The notes under the pieces are model-generated. The model made no database searches. It had not been told where the DNA came from and saw only the letters and a program-made list of their open reading frames with translations. A stretch of 64,000 bases of DNA. Origin: Balanoglossus misakiensis (taxonomy: Eukaryota > Animalia > Hemichordata). Both the position numbers and the translations under genes were made by a program. Positions 39,552-52,961 of this stretch are shown piece by piece (position 1 is the first letter of the stretch; each line of letters begins with the position of its first letter). The stretch is from the NCBI GenBank assembly GCA_040954595.2, contig JBECUI020000028.1, positions 248,001-312,000 on the forward strand. The letters run 5' to 3'.

Positions 39552-40286
39552 TATGGAGGTACTAGATAGAAGGAGCGAGGACGCTATTGTTTCCTATAAA
39601 CCCCATGTGCGTCTTAATCTGTTTGCAGATATCATTAGGATCTCATCCTTTTATCACCTGATAGGCGTTCATAAAAGCTGTGCGCTTGCGTAGATAAACA
39701 AATTATAGCTGGCGGCGTGTCTCCATGATTTACATTTAGCATATTCAACCAGACCAAACTGCTGTGCCGAAAGTCTCTGCACTAGCAATTACAATGGTGA
39801 CTATCGGGCATCCCACACCATCCCACGCGAACAAAAATACTTGCATCGGGAAGATTGGTTTTCAAAGAAAACCTAAGAACTTATTTTTTTTTGCGGAAGT
39901 TTGCGAAAAACTCAAAATATACATTTCAAAATCATGCTTTTTGGTTGTACAAAGAAGAAAAATAACGCCACAAGTCTTCCAAGACGTCCGCCTGACACGT
40001 TTCCGGTAGTGGTGATGCGTAAACTTCACCCCTAGATGTAAATAAAAGTCACCACGCATATGTAGTACGCTCGTCCGCGATGTGCGCATTGTGTTTTTAA
40101 TATCATAGAAATATTACCCCGTAGATCTTGCAAACCTAACTGTAAAATCGGCGGTAACGCACAGTGGGTTCAAAGGACGCTTTCAACACAGAAACACAAA
40201 GACTTAAGAAGCTTATCACACTTCAGAAGAAAGGGAGTTAATCCGCTTAAAATCCGTCCTCGCTCCTTCTCTCTAGTACCTCCATG
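39552..40286. mobile_element. MITE with 31-bp TIRs
   Basis: atggaggtactagatagaaggagcgaggacg ... cgtcctcgctccttctctctagtacctccat (1 mismatch). No clear TSD. Confidence 0.85.
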
Positions 40287-43200
40287 CACACATGAAACCA
40301 CGCAACCACGAGGCTGAAGCCTTGGAAACCACCTAAGCTCGGCAATGCGTGTGTGCTCATGAATATGTAATATCTAATTCGCATATTCATGAAAAAGTAA
40401 CCAAAAAAACAGGAAAACATTTTTAAAATACCAATAAAAAATTAAAAAAAACTAAACATTTGCAGTTTTTCTTTATTTACAATTTGATATATTTTTAGAT
40501 TTTCAGTGAAAATTTTTTTTAATTTTTCGAGTTTTTTTTAAACATGCCGGGTTCAGAGATTTGTCCTTCCATGACTAGGGAAGCAATCAGGGATCGTCAC
40601 ATACGTCGGGTGCGGGATAACACTGTCCGCGGAAATGTTGATTTTGTTGCCCCAACTACTGAAGATAAGACAGCAATTCAACGTAAAATTTCAAAGCTTC
40701 GAACTCTGATGAAGGAGGGTAGGGCAACAAATTTTGACGTGTTATCAACGGTACTTGATTTCTTCCTGACGAGTCACGAAACGAACGGCAATGGTGGTAT
40801 GCGTGACGAACCAGAAGAAGGTGCTTTCCACGAACCAGTGTACCAGAGGTGTCCAATAGAACGGACCAGATGTATTTGACAACGACCCTCTCTGTCCAGA
40901 ACCTCGTAAAAACTGTCGAATCACACTCCGGAGCATGTCGAGGAACTCTTGCCTCAAAGCGCACGACTTTGATGGGCCACGCGGGGAGGGTCAGTTTCAA
41001 GTGCGAGGAAGATCACGGATTCAATTGAAATTCTTCGCCGTATTTGCCGAACGGGAGACTACTCGTCAACTACAGGTAAGTGTAAATACAGTGACATTGT
41101 ATGATACGGACTTATATTGTTTTGTCATCTTTTATTTACCAAGAATACGTCAATGTATTATGCTCTCGCGTCGTAACTTTGAAATGCTATGAACATTATC
41201 CAACAGATTGTTACACGGGTTGTTGTCAGCTGGCGTACGGACGCGGACTTATGACACTGTAACCAGCAGTGCAAATATGGGGTCGTTGAAGGACAAGTAT
41301 AGAACGAAATGTAAGCTTACACTTTCTTATAGCTGAAACTATCTAGTTTTATATTTATTTGTGATCAGTCCTACTTTTAGTGTGGTCAACTTACATTGAT
41401 TCTCAGACTGTTTCAATATATTGTATGACCATGGAGTTACAGACATGACTGCAGCATATAAAGACATGTCAAGACAATTTTTTTTCCAAATGTATTAACT
41501 GTCGACCATCATCACAGTCACCCCATGACTGTGCTGGCATATAAAGTAGGCAAATCATCACTAATATTTGGGTCGCCGCAAGGGAAAAGGGCCCTTATGC
41601 AAGTGTACGTCATTTTTAGTAATTTGCATTTGAATAGGTGACGTTCTATGTGTGCTTTTCACATGCAAATATTCGCCTGCACGCTGGAGGAAAATGGATT
41701 TGTTCAGTATATTGCCCAACTTTTTCGAGAAAATGACAAAAGATATTCAAAGTATATCACGAAACACAGAACATTTATGTCATTTCTTCACTGAATTCGA
41801 TTTCTATAGGTCAAAAAACACTTCTCACGTAGAGCGTTTACATTGTATCTAATTTTATTCCCGCCATTTTGCTCAGTTCATATACACGTGACCTCAGCGC
41901 TAAGGAGGTCAGAGTCAGAAATCGCTGTGCTACTGATGTTTCCCGTTGCGTAAAATCATGGCATTCTCGGTACCTCTCGACCCGCAATTAAATGCCGAGC
42001 TGCGGACTTTGCTCGAAGAACGCCACGACGAGTTGGTCGAAACATTTAGTCCGCCGCAATCTAGGGAGAATTCCCAGTGTTCTGTTTCAGCCGATAGTGT
42101 ACGCGATCACTGCCACCAGGGAGACGACGACGATAGCGATGAAGACGAGCCAGTACCTGAAGCAGAGCCAGTCGAATTGGCGAGACTGTACTCTCAGTTA
42201 CACCCAGAGATGGGTCAAGAAGATCGCGAAGAAGGAAATGACTGTGACGCCTTGGATAAGCCATCGGTGGAGGCCGTAATGCGGACTGGGTGTGTTTGTA
42301 AACACCAGTGCTACTCGAACTTTGCTGTGGACAGGGTGTGGGAATACCGTTTGAACATGTCAGAATTCCAGAAAGACCATCTTGATGTTCTCATCCTTGC
42401 AAAGTTAGAACAGTGTGAGGTTCATGGAGAACCTGTCCGTGGTGGTAAACGTGCGCGACAGTCCTTTGATTTACGTCTTTGATGGTCAACGCGTGTGTGA
42501 AAAAGTTTGGCGTTACATTCACAACTTGGGTGAGTGGCAGGGTATTTTTACGTTGGCACCAATGATTTATTTACACGTCGTGATATCCTCATCACACCCT
42601 GTGCGAGCATGAGTACTCGAAATGTGGATTGTTAGGTGAATTATTGCATCCGATTGTTGATTTTTAATAGATTCCCCACATCACGTAGTTTACCGTAGTG
42701 CAGCAGTGACAGTCAATAAAGGATGATGATGTCATCTTTTTCCTCCCTCACATGACCTTTGTTTACTTGGGGATTTTTCTCAAAGAGTTTTCTAAGTGTC
42801 CTGGCCCCCACAATCTTGATGTTGATTTTTTAAGAGAAGACACAACTTTACAGTAATTTCTTTTTAAATGTGTATCAAACGATTTTGAGAAGATTTAAAC
42901 TACAGAGAAGTCATTGTTTTGACATAATCTTGGGATAGTATTAGTTAGTATTATCATCCTATAACTCTAATTATAGGGGAGAAAAGGTTCAAGAATTTAA
43001 AGGCCCACTACAAAATCCATGGTGTGGTACCCAGATCTCATGGTCGTCGAGGAAAACGACCAGCCAATGCCTATTCATTTGAAGTAAGTATTACATTTCT
43101 GCATGCCATAACAAATATCTTTAAGAAGTATATTCTTATACCATGTAAATGTGTATAAGAGTGTACTTATACTTGGTAATAAATTTCATATTTATGGTTT

Positions 43201-43330
43201 ATTATTATCACGCAAACATGTGCTTTTATGTCAAAGGGACAGGAATAGGTGCTCAGTACAGACAGGTTTCCAGATTAGACAGGGTTCGGTTTATTGTTGC
43301 CTTGAGTCGTAACAAAGGCGTCAGGATTTA

Positions 43331-43648
43331 TTATAACACACCATGCAGCGAACACTCGATCGTGATTCGTCAATACGCCGTCACGTGACCGTAGTCATTT
43401 CGAACTGTTCCCTAGGGCATGATTTCGATCGGTTTCTGCCTGGTACTGTTGCCTGGATGTGGTGTGTGTCATGTTTGGTGTGTTATAAAACACATGATGA
43501 CTGACATATTCGGGCAACGGTGTATTTTTGATGACCTCGGGACTGCTAGTCACAACTAAAACAGTCTTGTTTTCCCTATGCCCTCAGTCCCAAGGTCATC
43601 AAAAATACACTGTTGCCCTCATTGTCACAGTCAGTCATCATGTGTATA
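43331..43648. mobile_element. Double-hairpin element (Crypton-like) in a Sola intron
   Basis: ttataacacacca/tggtgtgttataa arms, then acacatgatgactgac/gtcagtcatcatgtgt arms. Confidence 0.6.
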
Positions 43649-43819
43649 CAGTAATACTGTATCTGGGCCCCTCAATATCTTGTCTCCTCCTCCTGACAGC
43701 TGCTTCATATGCTGGCCATCTTGAAGTAGTATTTTTCACCCACAGTTTGGAGCATGCCCAATTGACACTGAGACTTTCACATGGACCCTCCGACATTGAA
43801 TCAGTGCTCGACCACACAC

Positions 43820-44043
43820 AACATCCACTTTGCAGGATGAGAATAAAAATCTTGTCAAAATGAATAAATGGTAGAGACCGATTATTCATTTCGGCCAGTT
43901 TTTCACTCTCGCATCTTCAAGTGGGATGGAAGTTGTGTTTGGTCAACAATGATTCCCTATATCCACACGTAGAATAACAAATGGTGTCTTGTATCAAACA
44001 TAATTAATGGAAAAAAGGGCAGTGAGAGAGAGACTTTGTCCCT
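43820..44043. mobile_element. Partial Kolobok-type MITE (family of 14210 and 34940)
   Basis: Same core and gagagactttgtccct end. Confidence 0.7.
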
Positions 44044-47000
44044 TTAGGTGGTTTGCTATCTAACCTGTATATGTGTTCTCAGTGTTCACTAATTTATTTT
44101 GAGTGACTTAACTAGTCTTTTTTCCAAACAGACAGTGCAAGATGCTGTTCAGTTCCTGGTCAGATATGCAGATGACAATGGTCTGCCTATGCCAGCTGCT
44201 CCTTGTGGTAGAGATGGAAGGCCTCCAATTTATCTTCCATCCTGTGACACCAAGGCTGATATGTATAAGAAGTATGTGGAGGCCTGTAATGTTTGTCAGC
44301 CAACCAAGCAGCCTGTGGGGGAGACAACTTTCCGAAATATCTGGAAATTGTGTGTACCACACATTCAGCGAATGGAACCTCGTACAGATGTGTGTGCCAA
44401 ATGTGAACACTTCCGGAATGAAATTCAGTTTGCCTCAACAGAAGAAGACAAACTGAACTCTAGTATTGCATTCTCAGGACTCATTTTGAAATCACAAAAT
44501 GAAAGAGAATTTCTGAACTTGTGCATTAGAAAGGCACAGGATGAACTCAGAGACATTGAAGTTCAGCCCCCATGTAGTCCTTGCTCTTATGATTTACATA
44601 ATGTTCATTATACATTTGATTTTGCACAGAGTTTTCTGCTGCCCCATCAGTCTCGTCAAGTTAGTCCACTGTATTTTCTGAATCCACTACGTGTAAATTG
44701 CTTTGGTATATGTAATGATAGTCAACAATCTCAAATGAATTATCTGTTTGATGAGTCTGAGACCATTGGCATTGATAACAGAAAGTGCCATGGTGCCAAT
44801 AATGTAGTTAGCATGCTTCACAATTATTTTGAGGAGCATGGATTGGGTGAAAAGAGTTGTCATTGCCATGCTGACAACTGTGGAGGTCAGAATAAAAGCA
44901 AAACTGTCATTCATTATTTTTGTTACCGTACCAGTACTGGTTAACATGACGAAATTAATTATCATTTCTTGGAACCAGGTCATACAAAGTGCATTTGTGA
45001 TGCTTGTTTCGGTAAGATTCGGCAAGTGTATCGTAGAAGTGATGTTGACACAGTTCAGCAGCTGGCAGACATTGTGTCAAAAAGTTCACGAATAAACAAT
45101 GTGAAATGTTATGGCAGTCGGAATTCTGATCCCAACTTTCAATGGTTTGAGTGGGATTCATTTTTTTCTTCATTTCTCAAACCATTGAAGGGAATTCGTG
45201 TTTATCATCATTTTAGATTCACCAAGAATGATCCTGGTGCTGTATATGTTAGAAAATTAGTCACAGATGATGAAATCCGTATAGATCTGCTCAAAAGAAA
45301 TGCTACTTGGCCTCCATCACCACATATAAAACCCTCTGTATTGCCTGCTGGAGGAATGAGTTTAGCCAGATGGAGAGAGTTACAGAAGGAAATTGTTCCA
45401 TTTGTCAGACAGCCATTTAGACATGCATTTTGCCCTGAAGAGTAAATCCAAAAACCCACTGAATACTCTTGCATGTATGTAGTACTGAAAATAAATGCAA
45501 ACTTGTAAATATTTAAATGTTATCTGAAAAAAATGATAGTTAGAATTGTATGTAGCAATATCAGTGATGTAATGGTTGGAGTTCTGACACTACAGGTAGC
45601 CATGGCAACAGTTTAGATGGAGACTGCTGGTAGCCATGGCAACAGTTATGTCAATAATGTCATGTAAATATTCATATTTTCGGAGGATGTGATGTGTAGA
45701 GTTTTGGCACTTGTGGTGTCTAATAAAATGTATTTTTAAATAGAACTAGCATCATCTTGTGTGCTTTCAACCCCTATGATATAATGGAATGACAGACACC
45801 CCCTCTCCCCCTAAAAAGTTGATTTAGTCAGTACCTACGGTATAAATGGATACAGATCTTCCATGTAGTTGGGAAAAGATGTTTGGTTTTTAAACCTCTT
45901 TATTGTGAAACAAAAACAGTGAATTTTATTTGTGGGCTGAGGTCAAAGGTCATATGTCACATTCAATGGGCCACAAATGCCATTTCCAGGTGTAAGTTCA
46001 TAGTGAGCGGCACACATATGAAAAGAGGAGTACAGGTACTATCAAAAAACGACAAAAAATAAAAATCGAAAAATCCATGCATAAGGGCCCTTTTCCCTTG
46101 CGGCGGCCCATTTCTCGTCTGTCTTTTTTTTTTATTCAGTTTTTGAGAAGTACCGACAAACTGTCCACAATGAAGCGGTCAAATCCATGGATGATGCATT
46201 AAACGAGGTATGACATTTCACCACCCAAAAACAACTAAATAAATGTTATTTGATATTTTTATCATGCCACATTTTATCCGTGTGTTCATATAGGCCTAAT
46301 ACATTTTGTTTTTGAATCCAATTTCAGGAAATCGCATCGGAAGACCGCACCATTAAGCTGGGGATTGAAAATATGAGCGATGCATGACACGGTACATGAA
46401 AGAATGCACAAAACTCTGACATAGTTGTACTTGGTGACATGTATGTAACAACTTTTCGTTAGAAATAACATTTTTCATCTCTATGGCAATGATGGTTATA
46501 TGTATGGTAATGTGTTACCCTTACACGCACTCAATCGCATCGCTATTTCTGTCGACAGTGAGTATTGTGTTTGGCATCAACACACTTCTCCGAACTGACA
46601 TGCCACATGCTTTGACGTATACTGTTATTGTAATATATGGCAATTTTGGATTAAATTCGAATAACTTTATTTGTAACTATTTTTCTTTGTTTTAGAACCC
46701 ATAAGTGCATCCATAAGAAGTTGGTCAGGAAGCACGATGACCCGTGTTCCCAAAGACACGAGATGGTTGGGATCAGGCGATTTTATAACTGGGCTGATGA
46801 AAAAGGTAAAACATAGTATTAACACGGTGCTTTCCCATCAGTATCAGTAAAATCCTTGCTAAATGTTTTTACAAAACTTGAGGCATGTACATGGACCACA
46901 TATAAAACGATAATTATAATTCTATGCAAGAAAATATGTCACACTGACAACCGGCTATTGCAAATGATTACATTTACAGGGGTTCCAATTTTAGTTCATG

Positions 47001-49845
47001 GCCACGACAACAACGCGTCTGTAAACAAATTCCTGCGAGAGGAAAGGCCAGATACCATCAGCAGCAACGACACATGGCATGGTAAGGCTTCATTCTTACT
47101 TGACAGGGGAAGGTGTAGCAGCAAAAACACTTTTGATCATCTGTAAACTTATAATTTGAAAGTGAATATGTGTATTCAGGTTTGTTTTCAAGGCAGAGTT
47201 GCATCAATCCAGGCACCATTAATTGATTCTGTTTCATCGTGTACACGTAGGCGAGGAGCTGTAACATCAATGCTTGTTTTTATTTTACAGTTACCAAGGC
47301 AATAGGCCGAGAGATGAAACGAGTAACCACGGGGACACAACGAAACATGAACGTAACCTGGCACCCTGAACTTGCAGATAAAGGTAAAATCACACACATT
47401 TTATGTTTTCTCAATCGCAATGTTAAGTTTTCACTTTTGGTCAGGTATCTGTGGTTACGAGTTTCTGTTTCATGTTCAGTTTTATGCGTTGAATATTTTT
47501 TTTTCTCTTATGCAGCTTTGAAAATGGAGATATTAAACGTAAAGCCATTTCGTTTGTGATAACAATTATTACAAATTCAACTATGTGTTCACCTCTCCAC
47601 AGGGGCCAATGTAAAGACACATTGCTACTGGGCCATGACACGGGCAAAACAACACCTTCTGGACAATGGCAACACAACCCGGGCACGAACCGAAGCAGCG
47701 GCGCTAATCCGAAAAAAATTAGACAATATTGTCGCTCATTATCAGGTAATTACCTTTGAATGAAACAAAAATAACTTTTTTGATTAAATAAAATAGTTGA
47801 AAATGTAACCATCGCCATCACACATTCTTTTAAAGTTATCTGTGGATGCCAACATCAGGACAAAACCGTGACTGTGCTTCTTAAATTCCATCAAATAGAC
47901 GGTACATGTTATCTTTTCGATCTGTAGGATAATCACGCTGGGTGTGACCCAAAATCGAGGTGTCGGAATAGCGCGAATTACGAAGCATCGTTCCGCCCAA
48001 TCAGGCAATCGAAAGCAGCTGACCTCCTGAGGCATGCAGTTAGAAAGACGCAGCTGTACAAGAAGCCAGAGAATTATGTTGATGTGAGTTTTTTAAGTAT
48101 TACATAGCATGAGGTAAATGTAGGTGTGCTTAGCTATGTGTATTGAATGACAATGTTTAGCTTGAAACACGATTTCAGAATACAGGTACATGTAGTTACA
48201 ATGTGCAGTGTTTGAACACCACCATGCAGCAGATAGAGCATAGCAGTATTTCTCTCAGGCTTTCTTGTACCGAGATTATGCTGTAGTTTTTGTCAGCTAT
48301 ATGCAGACACGATTATGGAAAACCAAAGTCTCTACTCTTTGTAAAGATTGTATTTTATTTTCCATTCTAGTGTAAAGACACACACTATGTTGAGAGCTTC
48401 AACAATGTTGCGCATCCCATTAAAAAAAAAACTCCTATAAATTCAGGAGTGATCTCACCTGTCTGGACTGGGTAAGTTTTATTTTATTTCCGAGTGTGTT
48501 CATGTTTTCCCCATGATAATTTACAATGTTTCTGTGCAAGCTTATCACTGACAAAACAATAAAATATGACGCAGAAGCGAAAGTGGTGTCAACCAATACC
48601 AGGAAGAGTCGGCGAGGAAGGCAGTACAGGAGGAGGTCTGAGCGCAGGGTATTGACGGAAAAAACAAGTCGTTGGAGGACCAATGTGTGGAGGCGTTTTG
48701 TCGAAGAAGTTTTTAGTGCCTCTCTGTAGAAACCCAGAGACGTATGCTCTAGTGCATACACATACCAAACGGCCCTTATCAGGGCCACCACATCCTTCAA
48801 AAAGAGAACTACCGTAATCACCAAAACACTTCGTAATAAAAAATTAAAAAGAAATGCACAAATCATTACACAGGCACACATACTCACATATAAAAGTGAA
48901 TAAAGAAGTACACTACACACCCGAGGATATGACTTTGGTGTTATTTTAATGTACCATTCATTTTTGTCAAAAACAATCACCACTCAAAGAAAACTGCCAA
49001 AAATAAAGATGTATCGCATTATAATATGTACAATAATGTCGTCTCTTAAAAAACCTTAAACGGACTCTTAACTTCAGTGATGCCCGGATTTGATGAAATA
49101 TCGAAACGTACGGAAACGCAGAAAGTCAGTCAAAGAATTGTTTTGCTATCAATCACGTGATCTGGCCATGTGACCCACGGCGTTGTCATTTCCAAGTGAC
49201 GGGCAAGCAATATTTTGCCATTCAGTAAAAGATTTTTCCAAGTATGTTTTTATTTTAAAAACCGCCAGACACGTACCATGTATCAGGTATAATGCCTCCA
49301 CGCTATTGAAGTTGCCCGTCATCTGGATATTTGAATGCTAACGTAACTGTGCCTGAGCGTGCGTGCTGCTGTACACGGGCGCGACAGCTTCACGAGTGCA
49401 TATAGCCGCGCCTATAGGCCTATGTCGCAATAGCAATAGATAGGACTTTCTACCTGCAAATCATGACGCACCAAGTATCAAGACATGCTGCCAATCATTT
49501 ATAGTTTTGGTAATTCGACTTGTATTCCTTTCATGTGGAATTTTTGACAAGCATCTGAGCTCCCTTCAAAAATTACCGACGCCACGATCGCGATTGTCAG
49601 CAATTAAAACAATGCGGACATTTTCGCATCGTTCATTTCCGGGGATCAGTCTAGCTTGAACTGGGTTTGTATCGATGTCGATCTATAAACTTGATGATCG
49701 CGAATTCAGACATTTCAACGCCTATTTTGAGTAGCGATCCGCTCTCAAGTTGATAGGAAAATTATAGACAGGCCTGTGCCGAGCCGCCCCAGCCGTGCGC
49801 ATATGGAAAGCCACAGCTTAAGTCCATTGTTACCATTATATGATG

Positions 49846-50270
49846 CCCATACATCATTATACGACGCTCATACATCTTTATACAATGTGTATACATCATT
49901 ATACGCTGCTTGTGCAACCTTATACGATGTGAATACATCATTATACATTGCCCATACATCATTATACGACGCTCATACATCTTTATACAATGTGCATACA
50001 TCATTATACGCTGCTTGTGCATCGTTATACGCTGTGAATACACCATTATACATTGCCCATACATCATTATACGACGCTCATACATCTTTATACAATGTGC
50101 ATACATCATTATACGCTGCTTGTGCATCGTTATACGCTGTGAATACATCATTATACATTGCCCATACATCATTATACGCTGCCCATACATCTTTATACAA
50201 TGTGTATACAGCATTATACGCTGTGCATACATCATTATATGCTGTGCCTACATCATTATACGTCGCTCAT
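49846..50270 (+). repeat. 21-bp minisatellite (catacatcattatacgctgc-type) in the left TIR
   Basis: About 20 units read directly; they produce spurious repetitive ORFs. Confidence 0.95.
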
Positions 50271-50660
50271 TCACCATGATACTATGCCCGTTCAACATCT
50301 CAGATCTCAGAAACTACAAGTCTGATCACCTTTAAATTTGGCGTGCAGGTAGACTACCTTTTGTCCATCATTTTTGTAATTGGAAATTATGCTGTCAAAG
50401 TTGCAGGTTTTTTTTTTTTTTTTTTTTTTTTAAGAGGGCGCTCTGCATCTGTCATCCACGGAAACAGGGTTTGAACGCTCCGTGAGTTTTTTGACAAATT
50501 TTGTCATCGTACTGTTAAACTTGTTTACTGCGAAGTGTTCGGAGTGCAGTTTAACTACCTATGTAGCAGAAGTAACCTTTATTGTGTTACTATCTGGTCA
50601 TTTTTGGACGTTTGAAGGAGTTTTCAGTTTTGTCGTTACAACAAAGGAACCCCACCCAGT

Positions 50661-51947
50661 ATGGCGGCCGGCGCGGCGGGAGTCCGAAGCTACGCACAAG
50701 TCACCATGCCGTATGCAGACTCAGAAACTGCTGAGGACCACAAGTCCGTTCTATTTCTAAAACAATCAGATGTTGTTAGACCAGAGACCAAACAATGGTT
50801 AAAAGGTGAGGAGATCCTTGCTAGTATTGCTGAAGTAGTGCCAATTGAGAACATTGACGGCTTGCAGCGGATTCGTGGTCTCTGGAGAATTTACCCAAGG
50901 GACAATGCCGATAAGCTAATACTGAAGCAACATGGTTTGTCTTTACGTGGAAAAGCAATAGAACTTTGGGATAAGAATCCATTCAGGCGTGAGTTGCAAG
51001 AAGTTGGTGTCAAGATCATTGTGAAAGATTTGCCGTTGTCGTTAGATGACAGCGTCATCGGGAGCTCTTTGTCTGCGATAGGCCTGAAAACTAAATCTAG
51101 GCTTCTGCGGCAAAGATGGCGGGTGAACGGCAAACTCACCAATATTTGCAATGGGGACCGCATGGTTTTCGTTGAAAAACCATCCAAAGATCTACCGAAA
51201 TTTATTAAAGTCGGACCGTTTTCTGCAAGGCTTTTCAGTAGCTTGCAGAACAGAAACTCTGAGCAAGAAACAAAGTGTAACAAGTGCTTGCAACTTGGAC
51301 ATTTTAGCTACCAGTGCACAAATCCTTTGAAATGCAGACTTTGTTTCGGCAATGGGCACCTTGCAAAGGAATGTGTTAATGCCAAGTGTGAAAAGCAGGC
51401 CGAACAGGAGGTGGAAAGTGGTGTATGCGCGTTGATTACTCCCGCGACGGAGGCAGTAATTATCACATCGACGCCACAACAAAGCACCACACCTACAAGT
51501 GACGCAGGCATTCCAACGCCTTTATCTACATCTGCTGCAGAGCAGGCTTCGTCAGCTCATTGTGAGAGCCAACAGACGAGGGAGGCTACTACGAAGAGTG
51601 GATCGAACATAGGCAGTACTAGTCATGACACAGTGTGCAACGACCCATCATCCTCATCGAGACAACGAGCCTCGCAGCGGTCGATATCATCGTACTTTCC
51701 TGAGAAAAGGCGCGATCCAAGAATACAGAAACCGAAAGATTGTGATCAAGACGATTCCGTCGCTGCCGTCGCTGACACATCAGCGAATATCAGCGAGAGC
51801 GAGTCTGAACAGTACGTGGACTGTGACACAACAAAAGAGGAAATGTCCGATCTTTCACCGGAATCACCCGTGATTTTAACGCCGGCTTCCGGGACGACCA
51901 CGGACAATAGAAAGAGACGCAAGAGGAAGAGGAAACTAAAGAAATGA
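50661..51947 (+). CDS. Tx1 ORF1 gag-like protein with two CCHC zinc knuckles
   Basis: CNKCLQLGHFSYQC and CRLCFGNGHLAKEC; basic C-terminus; 4-nt overlap with ORF2 (ATGA). Confidence 0.92.
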   Translation: MAAGAAGVRSYAQVTMPYADSETAEDHKSVLFLKQSDVVRPETKQWLKGEEILASIAEVVPIENIDGLQRIRGLWRIYPRDNADKLILKQHGLSLRGKAIELWDKNPFRRELQEVGVKIIVKDLPLSLDDSVIGSSLSAIGLKTKSRLLRQRWRVNGKLTNICNGDRMVFVEKPSKDLPKFIKVGPFSARLFSSLQNRNSEQETKCNKCLQLGHFSYQCTNPLKCRLCFGNGHLAKECVNAKCEKQAEQEVESGVCALITPATEAVIITSTPQQSTTPTSDAGIPTPLSTSAAEQASSAHCESQQTREATTKSGSNIGSTSHDTVCNDPSSSSRQRASQRSISSYFPEKRRDPRIQKPKDCDQDDSVAAVADTSANISESESEQYVDCDTTKEEMSDLSPESPVILTPASGTTTDNRKRRKRKRKLKK

Positions 51948-52961
51948 GTAACAAATTACATATTGTAACTTTAAATGTAAGAGGTCTAGGTAATTACTCT
52001 AAACGTAGAGATATCTTGCAATGGCTTAAACACCAGAAGGCGTCTTTTGCCGTTTTACAGGAAGTTTACGGTGAAAATATAAATATTGTTCAATGGGAAA
52101 AAGAATGGGGAGGTCGGATAATTATGTCGGAAGGAGCCAAAAATAGTAGAGGCGTCGCAATCTTTATTGCTAAACATTGTAATTTTCATATTGACAGTGT
52201 GTACAAAGATGACTCTGGTAGAATTGTTATTGTTAACGGTATGTACGAGAACATGGGTTTTTCAGTCAGTGGTGTCTATGCACCGAATGATGCTGTACAG
52301 AGAAATCGCTTTTTTGTCAACTTTATGAACATCATTCAGGTTAATTGTAAGTATGAACGCCTTATAATAGCCGGTGACTTTAACCCTAACGCTGTCGAGT
52401 CCGTAGCAGACCGCCCGATTTCCGGTGTGGGTAGAAGTCGGACGTTGGCGAGTGATGAACGACCGAATCGGTATGGATCGATATGATTCGCCGACCCGCT
52501 GGAGTCTCTAGGCGTTTGCGTGCGCTTCGCTATAACGTGTTGACTTTGAACTACCGTTTTGAGGGCAAAATCTGTTAGGACAGGAAAGTCTCGACAGGGT
52601 TATTTGCCTTGAACTACAAAGAGCACACTATCCTTAGAGGCAAATTCCGCCGGTCACCCCCGACCCTGGGGAGACCGTTTTTTTATGTGTCCGCAAAAAC
52701 GTACTCGACAGCGATGCATAGTTTTCCATAGCAGACGGTTCCACAACGACATAGGGTATCGACCTTTTCGATGGCCAGACGTGTCGGACGCACTCGTGGG
52801 TGCCTGTTTAGGAGAGTGCGTTTTGGGATCGACTCGGGAAAACATGACGATTTTTGCCGATGGTGCGAACCGATGACCGACGTCTTGGCGTGCGTGCGTC
52901 GCAGGCCATATCTTTCGCGACCGACTCGTAGCCTACAATTACTCGTGAAAGAAAACTTGGT

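Larger units (their letters stand above)
41958..45445 (+). pseudogene. Sola transposase (exons 41958-42529, 42977-43083, 44132-45445) with a frameshift and a stop
   Basis: Motifs CVCKHQC, PRTDVCAKC, YTFDFAQ, HADNCGGQNK and GHTKCICDACFG. Frameshift near 42470; TAA at 44942-44944. Confidence 0.88.
41570..46109 (+). mobile_element. Sola (Sola2-type) DNA transposon, full length
   Basis: 32-bp TIR GGG(T/C)CGCCGCAAGGGAAAAGGGCCCTTATGCA with 4-bp TSD ATTT (41566-41569 and 46110-46113). Confidence 0.92.
40544..48729 (+). pseudogene. Multi-exon DDE transposase pseudogene, Kolobok/MuDR-like (DxxH group)
   Basis: Short GT-AG exons give SSPYLPNGRLLVNYR, MSDA[R>*]HGT[R>*]KNAQNSDIVVLGD (46328-46440), HGHDNNASVNKFL...NDTWH (46980-47081), WHPELADK, LDNIVAHYQ and CKDTHYVESFNN (48371). 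Several stops. Termini not located. Confidence 0.65.

Noticed and set aside
49762-50335. Repetitive ORFs (HTSLY.. / RIMMY..) as proteins; likewise 63126-63965
   Set aside because: They are by-products of a 21-bp minisatellite that is open in several frames on both strands.
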